Assembly (NCBI GenBank): GCA_964187785.1
Contig: OZ076413.1
Coordinates: forward strand, 68,262,001-68,326,000
From: Amphiscolops sp. MND2022
Lineage: Eukaryota
Length of the DNA stretch: 64,000 nt
Reading direction: 5' to 3'
Within the stretch, counting starts at the first letter, position 1. Every line of letters starts with the position of its first letter. The notes beneath the pieces were generated by a model that did no database searches, was not told the origin of the DNA, and saw only the letters and a program-made list of their open reading frames with translations. Made by a program: the position numbers and the translations under genes. Positions 49,801 through 61,694 of the stretch are shown piece after piece.

Positions 49801-51866
49801 AGTCTGATTTGGACCTGTGGTCCACCACGCCAAGCCAAAAGACATTTGAACATTAATAATACAGCGCTGGAAACAGTAGCAACAAAGGTAATAGTAAGGC
49901 CTTGTCGTCCAAGCGCCAACTACTGCCTGGCTGTCAACGGCGCATGGCTGTACTCGGTTTCTCAGGAGTTTCTGCTCACAGATTTTGATAAAATCCATCG
50001 GGTTGACACTTATTTGAAATCAAGTCCAAATAACTGTAAATTTGACAATACATTGTATAGCCACGAACTCCAATTACTTTATCGACATTGTGTCAGTCTT
50101 TGTTACATTGCCCATTTCTCCACTCAATTCAATATCTTTATTAATCATTCATATTACTCAGTATTTAGCCAACGTCGCATTTAATCTTCTTGTATTTATT
50201 CCACAGTCAGTCTTCTAGTCGGTTTTACTTGTAGTCTTCTTTTATATTATCTTCTTGGGACGTTCTGTGCAATCATCCTTACTCCCGTGGGTTACCTTGG
50301 GCTCGCCCGGGATAATCGACATCGAGTCCCCACTTAGCGGTTCTCTGCCAGTTCCCGTCTTATTCACCTTCTTTGGAAGAAATCACAGTCCTTTGCCTTG
50401 CTACTCTTCACTTGCCATCAGAGTGGACTGAAGGTCTCTTTGCCAACTTTCTCTTGCATTTGCGGACAACACTTTCAGCAGTGACACACTGTCAAATTGT
50501 TCTCTTCAGGAATCACAACCAACAGTCCGAAATTTTCAATTTAGACGCAACAGCCATCATTTTCCCAGCAGATATCCATATAGGTGTGTTGTTATGAAGG
50601 TTTTCTTTCATTAGTTTCGATTTTTGATTTTGAACTTGAAGAGGCTTGATCAAGGCCTTCATGTTGTTCAAGTACTTCCTGTCCATATAACACAAGTGTT
50701 CACTTGAGTTCGATTCTATCTACTCCGGAGATTTTATTTGCGGTAAATGGACTTTAATCAAGGAAGGCTCCCGCTTGAATTTATTTCCTTCTATTTAGAC
50801 ATGTCGTCTGAGAACAACTTGAAGAAAATCCAACACAGCATTCTGAAGATAATGATGTCCAGCAGTTCACTGGACTCCTGGTGACTGAAGATACTGCTGA
50901 GTCAAATGAGCAATCTGCTGAGCCAGTTTGCCGTCAAGCGGACATACTGACCCCTAGTCCATCAACTGAAGATAGTGTTAGCGCGTCATTCGGGGTTACA
51001 GAGTCTGTACAGGAAACTGGGCCAAGTTCATCTAAATCCTAAATGTACATAGTGTACATTTGTTTCTAATTCATTTCTGTTGTATTTCAAACTGGTTTTG
51101 TATTTGTTGTATTATTGTGCTTGCAGACTGTTTGTGGCGTTTATTGTATTATTCGCCACTGAGTCCATTTGTTAATGTATTTGTCCGAAGATATAATTTG
51201 TTCATGAGAAGTCAAAAGATATAGTCAGAGCAGTCCCAAATAAAATACATGTCCTCGTGGGCGAATAGAGAAAAGGGGACTAGCAATTTGATTTTCTGGC
51301 TAGTGATTGTATTCCTGAGGATAGTTGGGGTTGGGTTAGGTTGAAGATTGTATTTTCTCCTCTGGGACTCGTATTTTCAGCAATTTCTTCATTTTCCGAT
51401 ATTTCGGGCACCGTTCGGAACAATTTCCGCATCGTCTAGTTCATTTGTGACGTTATATTCCTTTTCCGTCCTACTAGTCGATTTATTGGGTGGGGACGCC
51501 GCGTCACGGTTGTTGGCCGGTGTCGGCTGTATTTCATTCTCGGTGACGTCATTTTCTGGCTGCAGCGTTCATCTTCGTGTACGCTGCTGCGTTCAGTTTC
51601 AATGACGTAATGGTCCACACCGCCACTTGCGTCGTCGTTCGGCAGGCGTGTAGCCACGTCGGTCCAATTTTCTTTTCTCGGCTCAAATACTTTGAAATCA
51701 AAGTCTGATTCCCACAAAATTGTATACAAGTCGTTTTCTGTTCGTCGTGTAGACGTGTTCGGATCGTTTTCATTATTTGTAAGTGGATAGTTTCGATAGT
51801 TTTTGTAACTGGAAAAGACGTAATGTCGTTCCGACATGGTTTCATTCATTTGGAGTCGTGGCGCAA

Positions 51867-52868
51867 TTAGTTTTTTGAATTTGGCTTCTGAGAGATAATA
51901 TGACCTGATTTGGCACTTGACTGTTTGTCATTGATATTGGGGGACGCCTCGTCTCCTGGTCTGGGTGATGGTTTTGTTTTTGTTTTACTTCTCTTGGGGC
52001 GTAAATGCGCACCTGCGCCTTTCCAACATTTTTCGGCTGTGTGGTTTGTTTTACTGCACGTTGGGCATTCATGGTATGTTGGACGCTGGGGCTTTTTGTC
52101 ACTTTTGTCCTCCACTTTCCGTTTCTTTTTCAGTTTTGGACAGCTTTTATGAAAAAGGTTTGTCGCCTTGCAATATGCGCATTGAGCTGCTTTTTTTGTG
52201 TCAAGGCTATTAGACAGCAAACTTTGAAAAATTTCAAGCATAGTAGTTTCTGGTGTGGGTGGCGTTGTGTCCATTGAGACATTATGGACCGATTCCTGTA
52301 CTTCAAGGTTCGGGTCCGAGTGGATTCGTCTAGTCAGGAACTCAGGAATTGGTCGCTGGGTGTCGTAAACTCCTGTCACCATGTAAGGACTACGGTCGTC
52401 TGTGTCTCTTAAATTACACGCGGACCGTGAGTCCTTTTTTGTAATTTTAGATATAAACCCGTTAGTTCCTTCTGTATTATCCTGATTATTTGGTGACGAA
52501 CCTGACTCAGTGTCCCTCCGTCCTGAAGACAGCGTACCCATAATATTTTGTATCTCGGGGACCATTTTATCAGTGATGGCAGAATTGATCGCTCTAGTTA
52601 TCTGGACTTGTAGGGATAACCTGAGATTCAATTCCTCTGATAACAGTTCCATAGACTCTGAGTGTCTATCTGACCTAGTGGTCTCAATTCTACAGCCAAT
52701 GTTTCTATTCTCAATTTGCTGTGAAGGAATTTTGTAAGTAAGAATGGCCTCGGTGTCACCTTGGCCGAGAGAATGATTTAATACAATCTCGAATTTCTTT
52801 TCTATATAATTTGAATTGATTCCACCAAGCATCATGTCCCTGTCGTTATCATCGGACATCGTGTCCAT
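51867..52868 (-). CDS. Internally deleted Gag-like ORF (333 aa) starting inside the 5' LTR, with two CCHC-like knuckles
   Basis: Open frame from the ORF track crosses the LTR/PBS boundary as SPY/MVTG. Knuckles CAYCKATNLFHKSC and CPTCSKTNHTAEKC. Confidence 0.7.
   Translation of the reverse strand: MDTMSDDNDRDMMLGGINSNYIEKKFEIVLNHSLGQGDTEAILTYKIPSQQIENRNIGCRIETTRSDRHSESMELLSEELNLRLSLQVQITRAINSAITDKMVPEIQNIMGTLSSGRRDTESGSSPNNQDNTEGTNGFISKITKKDSRSACNLRDTDDRSPYMVTGVYDTQRPIPEFLTRRIHSDPNLEVQESVHNVSMDTTPPTPETTMLEIFQSLLSNSLDTKKAAQCAYCKATNLFHKSCPKLKKKRKVEDKSDKKPQRPTYHECPTCSKTNHTAEKCWKGAGAHLRPKRSKTKTKPSPRPGDEASPNINDKQSSAKSGHIISQKPNSKN
52370..52381 (-). promoter_or_regulatory. Primer-binding site, tRNA-Leu-like
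   Basis: TGGTGACAGGAG directly follows the LTR terminal CA. It resembles the TGGTGTCAGGAG complement of tRNA-Leu(CAG) 3' ends; the tRNA identity is inferred. Confidence 0.7.
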
Positions 52869-54315
52869 TTTTCTAGAACGTCTAATTCAGACTTTTGTCT
52901 TCTTGTTGAAGAAAGTGTTTGTAGGGAAAGAAGTCAATTACTTCTTTCATGGTAAAATAAAGTGAGTTTGACAATCGGTCTCAACAATAGAGTTACAAAT
53001 CAAAATTGTGTCCTCGGGACTAGGTGTCCCAAGTATTTATACTAAAATATGCATGACATACAAAATATAGGGTATCTTCAATCTAATTTTAGAGCAAGTG
53101 CTCTAAAAATAGCTACAAAGGACTGCGTGTCCTTACAAACACACAATGACGTAGTTCTAAATATAGCAGCAACATGACGCAGTCAATATATATCTATATA
53201 TAGTAACAGCGTCAACAAATATCCACGTGGCCCTGAAGACCGTCTAAATAGAACATGTTTAATAACACTACATGTAAAGCATCTTATATTAAACTGCATG
53301 TATAGCATGTGGAAAGGAATGGCAAGTAGACACAAGGGCCGTAACCTATAATAGACGACATAATACTGGCTTTTCATGAGAATTAGTTTCCCGTCTGAGA
53401 TAGCTTTAGAGAAGGGGGGAAAGGACTGAAAGTCCAGCACAATTTTGATGAATGAATTTCAACCAGGAAAATGTATGTATGTATGTAGCAACAAATTGTT
53501 ATAGGCCTTAAGAGTCGTACAAAACTATTAATTGCATCTTTGCATAATATATTGCACTTTCATCTGTATATTGGACTGGTAGTCCCACTGCCATAACACC
53601 GACAAAACAAATAACTGCTATACTAGATAGGAGTGTTCAGCAAGCGTACTGCGCTGTAATTGGTTAATATTTAAGCGGACTAGCTGTCCACTAGCCATAA
53701 GTGAGATGTTTATTTAGGTGGACAGCCGTGAATGGCCTTTAAATGAAAGTTAACAGCACTTAAAATCTAAATTGGGACTCAATGTCCAACTGCCGCAAAC
53801 GTACTGGTTTATTAGTTGACAAGCGGTGAACGGCCATCGCGTCCATTAATTAAAAGCACTAACTCAGAGCACTCATACTAATACTGCAATTTGATTGGTC
53901 TAAATTCAACCGGACTGGCTGTCCAAGACGACACAAAGGGACATAAAATAAAATAAGATCACAGGTGGCAGCCTGCAACAGCCCCCGATACATTTTTCCC
54001 AGTATAAAACATTTCTAAATTAAGAAGGGGTGCCCTTTGATCAATTGATTTTTTTCGGAAAAGTGGCACAGAGTGCCAAAAAACCCAAAAGAGGGAACCC
54101 TTCGGTCTGATTCACTTTGGTAACATCAAGAAATTGTCCATCTAGGGTTTCGAAACAACGTGGGGAACTTTTTGGGCGCGAAAACACTTTTCTAATGGAA
54201 AATTATCAATGACTCTATGCTCGATGACACTGAAGAGGGACCCTTTCGTAAAATTGATTTTTTTTAAAAAAAAGACATATCATCCTTTGAAGTATTCTTA
54301 GAAAAGATTGCACAA

Positions 54316-57300
54316 TGAAAAGGATAAAGTTCAAGGTTTACTGTAGCTCAATGTTTCGAACAATTGATTATAGGTTTTTACGTGAGCTAAATAGATTTTA
54401 ATAAACAAATTCAAAAGTGCAACTGTTTCAATGTTGTTTGTCAACAGATTCAAACACAAGTACTGTTGCTCTTCATTCCCCCTTCTACATTTGGAGGAGA
54501 ACCTTTCAATGGGCGTCCATTGCTGTCACTTCTGGTGCTCACTGGTACTGTTGTTTCCGGTTTTCCTTGATTAGCAGGTCAAATCTCCGTTGATGGATTC
54601 TTTGAAAGTTGTGGATGGTTTACTGGTCGTCTTTGTTGTCCCTCTTCAGTGCTTCTGTTGTCTCCAGTAATGCTCACAGGTTCAATCTTTTTGCGGTTTT
54701 TTGTAATCATTCTGATTAACCGGGTTAATTAGTCAAACGATTGGTTTGATTTTTGTTGATCTTTTTGACTGGCGTAGGATAGTTTCTTCTTTTCGTTTTA
54801 TTTCTTCTTCTTTTTCGATTTCACTGCTGGGGCTCAAGATAATTGCTAGTTATAGTTCTGATAAGTCAAATCTAGTTTCTCTTTCCCTTTCAAAAACATC
54901 ATTGGTTACATTACCGTGTTTATATCTGATATGTAACTCTTGGCTTGAATATTGCGTATCTTTGATTGCTTGATCTATGTCAAAACCCGACATTTGGTCC
55001 GCATTGATTGTGAGTGGTCCCAATTTTGCGCTTCATGTTTGATTGTGAGAATTGCGTACGTCCTTTTTGATGATGTTGATGTGCGATTCCTGATTAGCCG
55101 CGCTCGCCTTCTGCTGATGGTTCCTGTTGGTTTTGGAGCCAGAGGTTTTGGGCTGGTGTTCAGTATTTATTCTTATGATGGGTATTATTCGGTAGCAGTT
55201 GAGGCATTGTCCTCGTTCCTTGCAAATCTTCCGTCCATTCCCTTTTCAATAGGTGTACTGATAAATTTACGGTGAATGATTTAATTGTCAGAAGGAGTCA
55301 CGGTGTGTTTTGTTCCTGTGACAGCTGATTGTAGTTATTCCCAGTATAGAACTTCGAGTTTTCCTTCATTGTTTTTCCGTTTAAGGAATTAAAACGGATA
55401 GCTACTTACCGTTTGTGATTTATTTTGTTTCTTTGGCAAATGGTTTGAGCTACCGCCTTTTCCACTTGTAAACGTGCAAGGTTTCTGGGTTTACTGGAAA
55501 AAATTTGATTATTATTTTTTCTTTTTTCAAATTGCTACTCCAATCTGTATTTGGATCTCTAACGAAAGTGTAGTGTTAGTCAATTGCGGATTTCTGTAAT
55601 ATAGTGTGTGGGGTTGTTCGCATTACTTCCAAACCTAAATCGAGTCCTTCTCCGAATGATTTGCCTGCTGTACCATTTGTAGCATTTGCTAAAACGTTTT
55701 CAATAAAGGTTTTTACTCTGCGCTCTACTAAGCCGGTTGTAGTGTGGATATACTGTGTCCCGTATATTATTGAGTCGCTCAAATGACAGCGCGCGAATGC
55801 CGACAACTTATCTGTTCTTATAGTTTTTGTTATTCCGTTTAGTTGATTGTTTTGTTCAATGTATTTTACCGCCGTTTGTCATTCTGTTGTTTTGCAAAGA
55901 CTGGTGGCTGGTTATTATACCGATTCATGGAGATAAAAGTATAACATCTACGGTTCTGTTCCGTGATTGGTCCGATAAATTACAATTTGACAGTTTTGTT
56001 CGGCTCGCATAGTTGGGGTAGGGTATTTTGTTCTAACTCAGGTGTGTTGGTTGCATGATTCCATCCGCAGAGTTTGCGCTATACGCAGTTGTCGCACTTC
56101 CTTTGACTGACTCCCGTCAGCTTTGGCGTTTTGATTGTTCCCTTGGTATAAACCCTCTAAGAAGTTCTGCACTGAAGTCGATTGCCAGTCTTCGAAGTAG
56201 TCTTGTGGAGGGGGTAGTTAGTGTGGCCAGTTTCTAATCTCCATGGCCAGGATTTCTAATCGGCAGATAAATTCGTTCAGTCATTCGTCGATAGTTTTTC
56301 ATTCGCCACGGCTAAACTTTAGCTGGTGGTATTTCTTCCATTTACCGTTTGAGAATCTGTGCGTTTCTGGTTTTACTATTTTTCGCTTTTGCTCTATCGG
56401 GTCGACTGTTTTCGGAAAGGAATCCAATCTTTCGACAATATCAATGGGTCTAGCGTCCCTTGCTTTGATACTAATTGTATTCAAACATTAAATTTCAATT
56501 TACTGCGTTGATAATTGAGGTGCGTTCAAGGCCTTTAATGGTTTGTTCGCGCGTGTTGCCCGATGACCCATCTTTGTTTGCTCTCGTCGTGTTTGTTGGT
56601 CCACTGTCGGTTTGTAATTTGTGAATATGGTTGCTACGGTGAGACTGTGCATCTGGATTTCTACTCAAATAGTCCGTGAGCGCTACATGCTTCTGGCGCT
56701 ATGGTTCATTTTTATTGTAAAGTGCAAGTATTCGGTCTAACCAGCGAGTTAAACGGGCGCTACAGGTTGTATTTGAACGACTATAATAGCAGTTCTAGTG
56801 CCTAATGATCCCTCATCTTTTCTTCGTCGTGAAAGTAACTTAGTATAAGTTGGCCGTAAATATGTAAATGGAAGTGGGTGGTCAAATTGATGACATTTTA
56901 GTTCATTGATGACGTTATACTTTCTGTATCGGATAGAAATCTACGTGCAAATGCTATCGGTTTGAGGTTTCCGTTTAGTTGTTCCTGCCAGCTTGTTGCC
57001 TCCAGGCCTTTCGTACTGGCGTCTGTGGCTATTGTGTTTGTGAGATTGAAGCTATAGTGTGCCAAACACGGTAATCCTCTTTAAAGATCCGTTTACGCTG
57101 ACAAAGTTGCTATGTACTTTGATAAACCCTCAAATGCCCCTAAGAAGGACTAAATCTTTTTCGTTATTAGATACTTTTAGTTCTGGTAAGGCCTTTGGGT
57201 TGTCTTTTAACGGTCTGAGACAGTTTTGGTCAAATTTGGGCCTATCTACTCCATTTCAGTTTTGAGATATTCCGTTTTTTTTTGCTCACGTTCTACCATG

Positions 57301-59025
57301 CGTTTTCTAATTTTGTTAATGCATCTAATCACACACACTTACGTTGTTCGTTTGTTCCGTTTGTAACCACTAGTATACCATCTTGTGACGCCGGATTTGG
57401 TTCTCCAGTGTTTGTTCAATCGTTTCTTGTCTGCTCGGCCACTAAAGCCTCTCTGAATTTTAAATAACCCGGTGAAGTTGCCTCCGGTAATTGCTAACAT
57501 GCACACTTCTGTTGCGTTCTTTGACAACACTTTTTGACTGTATGCGTAATCCAAGTGAATAGAATTTTGAAAAAGCTCCGTCGGGGATTTTTCTTGATAA
57601 TCGTGATACCAGTGCTTCCGTATTGGGCATTTGGGCCGTTCTTTTCACGGTTATTTCACAGGGTAATTGTATTGTTTTAACCGTTTTTACGGTTATTTCC
57701 CCTGGGATAACAAAACATGTTTCATCGTTGTCTGTTGCTTCCTCAATGCGGCAGTTTTTCAGTTTTTCTATTACTTTACCGACTACTGGTTGTATTTGTA
57801 TCGGTATTGATGGGCCCTTTAGTTGTAATAGTTCACGGTCTGGCTTCAATTGCATATTTATTTCTCTTCCTTTTAGTACTCTGTTTTCGTGGAAAATTTT
57901 TCCATTTTTTTCAAATTTACAATATTCGAAATTCTTGAATACTTTGACTTTGAAGGTTTTGGTGTTTAACTTGATCCTCAGATGTTTCATGCAATCTAGT
58001 CCAAGGTATGGATTTGATATTTTTGTTGATGTCAATAGTTCCAGTTTCTTCTTTTCTCCGACAGCTTCGAGATTTGCTATCATTTTGCCACCGAATTTAA
58101 TTTTGTGGCTGTTTACTTCTCTGTATTCCGCTTGAAGTGGGTGTATTGGCGTCCGTTGATGTTTTGTTTAAGTATTAGACAACTGATCGCTGTCAATGTT
58201 AACTTTAATTGGACCGGTTTTAACCTATGCTGCCGCGCTGAAGAATGGATATTCCGTCTTTGGATGTCTGTCTTGTTGAATGGACCATTCTGGTTTTTGA
58301 GTGTATTTCGCATGGGGACCATTCGTCATCTTCGGTACTGGTTGCTTCGAAGTGTTTTCTTTTCCGGTACGTTCTTTGTTTTGAACGGCATAACTTTGTT
58401 TTAACGTCAGTATGTGTACCGAGTTCGGTTCTTCTTCTTTCACCACTTTGGCATTCCCGTGATCGCTGACTGTCCAATTGGCCATATGATTACATCTTTT
58501 ATTTCTTCCTCCAGTTGGTCTCTAATCTGTGGTAGTCCTTCTTTGGAATTGGTCATCTCTAACTAACCTTTTTCACGGGTCTTTTTGATGTCTTGGACGA
58601 CCCTTCTGCACCATAGTTTGGCACTGGTGTGGTCGTTCTTTAAGATGTAGATGTCCATTCTACCGATCTTCTCGTTATGTTGTTTGGGAGTAACTGACTG
58701 ATTGCTTCTCCCGAGGCGTTGTTCTCCTCGTCCGTCACCTTTGTACAGTTTCGCGTTTTGAATGTAAGTTTTCAGCTTGCTGACTGCTCCATTAAGTATT
58801 CCTCGTAAAGGTTGCCCAATGAAAGGGATAAGAGTTTAAGGTTTACTGTAGATCAATGCTTTGAACAAATGAATATAGGTTTTTATGTGAGCCAATTAGA
58901 TTTTAATAAACAAGTTAATAAGCAAATGATAATAAGCTTTTTATGAAAGCTGAATAGCTGTCTGTAAACCTACGGTTCCATTATTGTTTGTCAACAGTTT
59001 CGAATACAAGTTCTGCTGCTCTTCA
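54316..59025 (-). mobile_element. Old, decayed Ty3/Gypsy LTR retrotransposon (short LTRs 54316-54475 and 58820-59025)
   Basis: RT-like LDYAYSQ...TGGNFTG; RNase H TIATDASTKGL...PIAFARRFLSDTEK; LTDYLSRNP; integrase FIGPI and YGTQYIHTTTGLVERRV...VMRTTPHT, in Gypsy order RT-RH-IN. PPT AGAAGGGGGAA next to the 3' LTR. LTRs diverged, no TSD. Confidence 0.85.
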
Positions 59026-59455
59026 TTGTTCCTTCAATGTTCCATGAAAGTATTGGGTTTCGGAAATTTATTGAGTCTAAATAAATTTGTGAAAAAAGAA
59101 ATGGGAAGACCCTTCGGAGTTATTTGCCAACTTTGTAGTGTTTTGGACATCTTGGCATTCGGCATGAAGTGATCACTTTAACCGGATTGGAAAAGTCACT
59201 TTTGATAAAGCGGATACTGAAAATAGCTCCGGAGCAACTAAAAATCATCTATGTTCCTGTAACTGATTTTTGTTTACTTGTTAGAATTTCAATTAGCTAG
59301 GTAGGTCGTTCTTCTCGTCAGACCAATTGATTGTCTTTTTCGTTCGTTGTTTTTTCTTAAATGGGCCCTCCTATCCTGTGTGTGAAAAAACTATCCCTCA
59401 GAACTTGTCCACTGTTCGCGACGACAAGCCCGCGGTATCATGACAATGGTTATGA

Positions 59456-59955
59456 TTTTAGTCGGCGCTTTTCTGGTGAAAAGTGTCCGACTCTTACAGC
59501 GGCTAGTTTCTTTTCTTTTTTTATCGTCAGGCTACAATCTCACACTGATTGAGCCACTTTTTTACAATCGAAACTACTAAAACTACTACCGTAAGGCCAA
59601 GTCCGGTCAGCGGAAATTAGTGCAAAAGGGTTCCCCTTTCATTTTTTACTTTTTTAACGTAACCTACAAAACCGGACGAGACTAAAGGGTCCCCCTTTCG
59701 ATTTTTTTGGCATTGTGCGACTTTTTTCGAAAATTTTTTAATGTCCCAAAAGAGTCCCCCTTTCAAGTTTTTCGATATTTTGCAACAGAATATATGTTAA
59801 TAAAGCCCAAAGGGTCCCCCTTTTACATTTTTCGGCACTATGCGACATTTTCGGAAAGAAAAAAATTCAAAAATTTCAAGTTTTTTTCAAAAAAAAGTCT
59901 TTTGCGCTTTTTGAGCCTTAGATATAGCGCCGACTTTAGACGTTCCCGTCTTGTT
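59456..59955 (+). mobile_element. Helentron-like non-autonomous element
   Basis: TTTTAGTCGGCGCTTTTCTGGTGAAAAGTGTCCGACT ... TAGCGCCGACTTTAGACGTTCCCGTCTTGTT. Confidence 0.65.
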
Positions 59956-60286
59956 AGTCGGTGCTTTTCCTGAAAAGAGCCGACTATAGTCATGGCTTTT
60001 CGTCAGTGTTTTGTTTCGATACACCTGAGGTGACCAAAATAGTTGTACCAAAAGCTCTACAAATTTTAAATTGCCCTGTTGGCCCAAGGAACTGAACCAG
60101 AAAGGTTTCCCGCGTAACATAAAATACCGGGAGAGACCAGAAGGTTTTTTTGGCATTGCGAGACTTTTCAAAAATGTTCAAAAATTTTTTCAGGTGCTGT
60201 AGAAGAGAATACTTTGACACCTTGAAGTCCTTTTGCTATTTTTGAGCCTTAGAGAAGGCGCCAACTTGGACCGGTTCCAGCTTGTT
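59954..60286 (+). mobile_element. Second Helentron-like subfamily copy joined head-to-tail to the previous one
   Basis: TTAGTCGGTGCTTTTCCTGAAAAGAGCCGACT starts at the TT ending the previous copy. Ends GGCGCCAACTTGGACCGGTTCCAGCTTGTT. The same 3' end recurs at 42617-42689. Confidence 0.6.
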
Positions 60287-60649
60287 TTTTTTCAGATATG
60301 ACGGAGACCATATTGATTTTACTGCGAATTAAATTCGAAGCAAATTCAGTCAGTTTCTAAATTGCAAACAAGTGCAAACCTTCAACATGCAGTTTAAATA
60401 AAGATGAGTGCATCAATTGAGTAGTTGAGGGGCGTAACTATGAAAACAAAGTAAACGAGTTAAAAACAGATTTGAAATATTTTAAAATTTGTTCATTGAA
60501 GTGGAAGCCGCATTGTAAAGCTATAAAGTTTTTAGTCGGTCGGCGCTTCTTTGAGAAAAGTGCCCGACTATTACAGCGGCTAGTTGTTTTTGTCAGACCA
60601 AAAACTCACCATGTATGTACTACTTTTTGTGCATTATGCACTTTTATCA

Positions 60650-60718
60650 TGAGAGCTTAGTCCCTCATTTTGTTGAACGCATCCGATGCGTTCAACAAAA
60701 TGAGGGACTAAGCTCTCA
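60650..60718. repeat. Perfect palindrome, 34-bp arms, 1-nt centre (60684)
   Basis: TGAGAGCTTAGTCCCTCATTTTGTTGAACGCATC-C-GATGCGTTCAACAAAATGAGGGACTAAGCTCTCA. Confidence 0.97.
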
Positions 60719-60938
60719 AGGCTCACAAACTAAAAAAAAGGACGTGCCAAGTCTCTTATTGCCAAAAAACGGGAAAGTGACCTTTATGCTTTGGAATGGT
60801 TTAGTATTTCATGTTAGAGGCTTTAGAGTCTAAAGCCTCTAACATGAAATACTAAACCATTCCAAAGCATAAAGGTCACTTTCCCGTTTTTTGGCGATAA
60901 GAGACTTGGCACGTCCCTTTTTTTAGTTTGTGAGCCTT
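60718..60938. repeat. Near-perfect palindrome, 110-bp arms, 1-nt centre (60828), 2 mismatches
   Basis: AAGGCTCACAAAC...GGCTTTAGA-G-TCTAAAGCC...GTTTGTGAGCCTT. Confidence 0.97.
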
Positions 60939-61182
60939 TTCCTGTGAGACTTGTCCCCCTTCAATTTTTTCATGTTTTGCAACTGAATGGATTTTAAAAA
61001 AGCCCAAGGGATACCCCTTTTACAATTTCCAAAACTTCGCGCTTTTCAAGCCTCAGATATAGCGCCGAATTTGGCCGTTCCCAACATGTTCATACATGCT
61101 CCCATATGTCTCCATGTTTTCAAAAGCCAAACTTTTATGCATCAGCACTCACCATTGTTGGTCCCTAAGCCAGTCCTTTATC

Positions 61183-61450
61183 CCTAGCTTAGTGGTATGG
61201 TCAATGACAAAAAATAACGTATTCGGCGGAGAAAAGCGAAAACAAAAAGAGCAACGGTGAGCAGTCCGGCCTTTGTGACCTTGAGCAAGTCACTTTGAAA
61301 CCACAGCTTCAAGCCGACCATTGCTTGACCACTTGGCTGCAAATATGGTACCATATGGTATCCGAACGGGCGCCGAGTTAGAAAAGCAGAACTGCTTATT
61401 CGGCGTCCACCCCGCGATAATGGGGATATTAACTACTCCTACTCATTCTC
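61183..61450 (+). mobile_element. Possible decayed tRNA-derived SINE
   Basis: A-box-like TAGCTTAGTGGTA and GTGACCTTGAGCAAGTCACTT, a motif typical downstream of SINE tRNA heads. No clear B box. Confidence 0.3.
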
Positions 61451-61502
61451 CAGCATGGAAAGTTTTCCAAAACGTTTGACGAGGGAATACTCAAGGTTCT
61501 AA

Positions 61503-61694
61503 TTGTTCCTGAGAAACTGTCTCATGTTTGAAGATTTAGTGATCGAGAAACTCTCCAACATTCCCGTGGACTCGATGTGTGCATCTGCTTGCACCAAAAA
61601 CACAGCCTGCAAATCTTTGAATTACAACGTCAAATCGCAAATATGTGACCTGCTTTTGAGTGACATTGTTTTGCTTTCTGATGTGTCGAAATGA
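61503..61694 (+). pseudogene. PAN/apple-domain-like coding fragment
   Basis: SMCASACTKNTACKSLNYNVKSQICDLL fits C...C....C.S.NY.....C.L. No flanking exons identified. Confidence 0.35.

Larger units (their letters stand above)
47397..53980 (-). mobile_element. Non-autonomous LTR retrotransposon (Ty3/Gypsy-like) with pol deleted; 5' LTR 52382-53980, 3' LTR 47397-49021
   Basis: Two ~1.6-kb TG...CA direct repeats, roughly 95% identical by eye. PBS TGGTGACAGGAG at 52370-52381; PPT AGGGGGAG at 49022-49029. Flanks GCCCA/GCCCC are a 4-of-5 TSD match. No protease, RT, RNase H or integrase motifs in the 3.4-kb interior. Confidence 0.9.
60529..61090 (+). mobile_element. Helentron-like element whose interior contains two palindromes
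   Basis: 5' TTTTTAGTCGGTCGGCGCTT...AAAAGTGCCCGACT; 3' TAGCGCCGAATTTGGCCGTTCCCAACATGTT. Confidence 0.6.
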
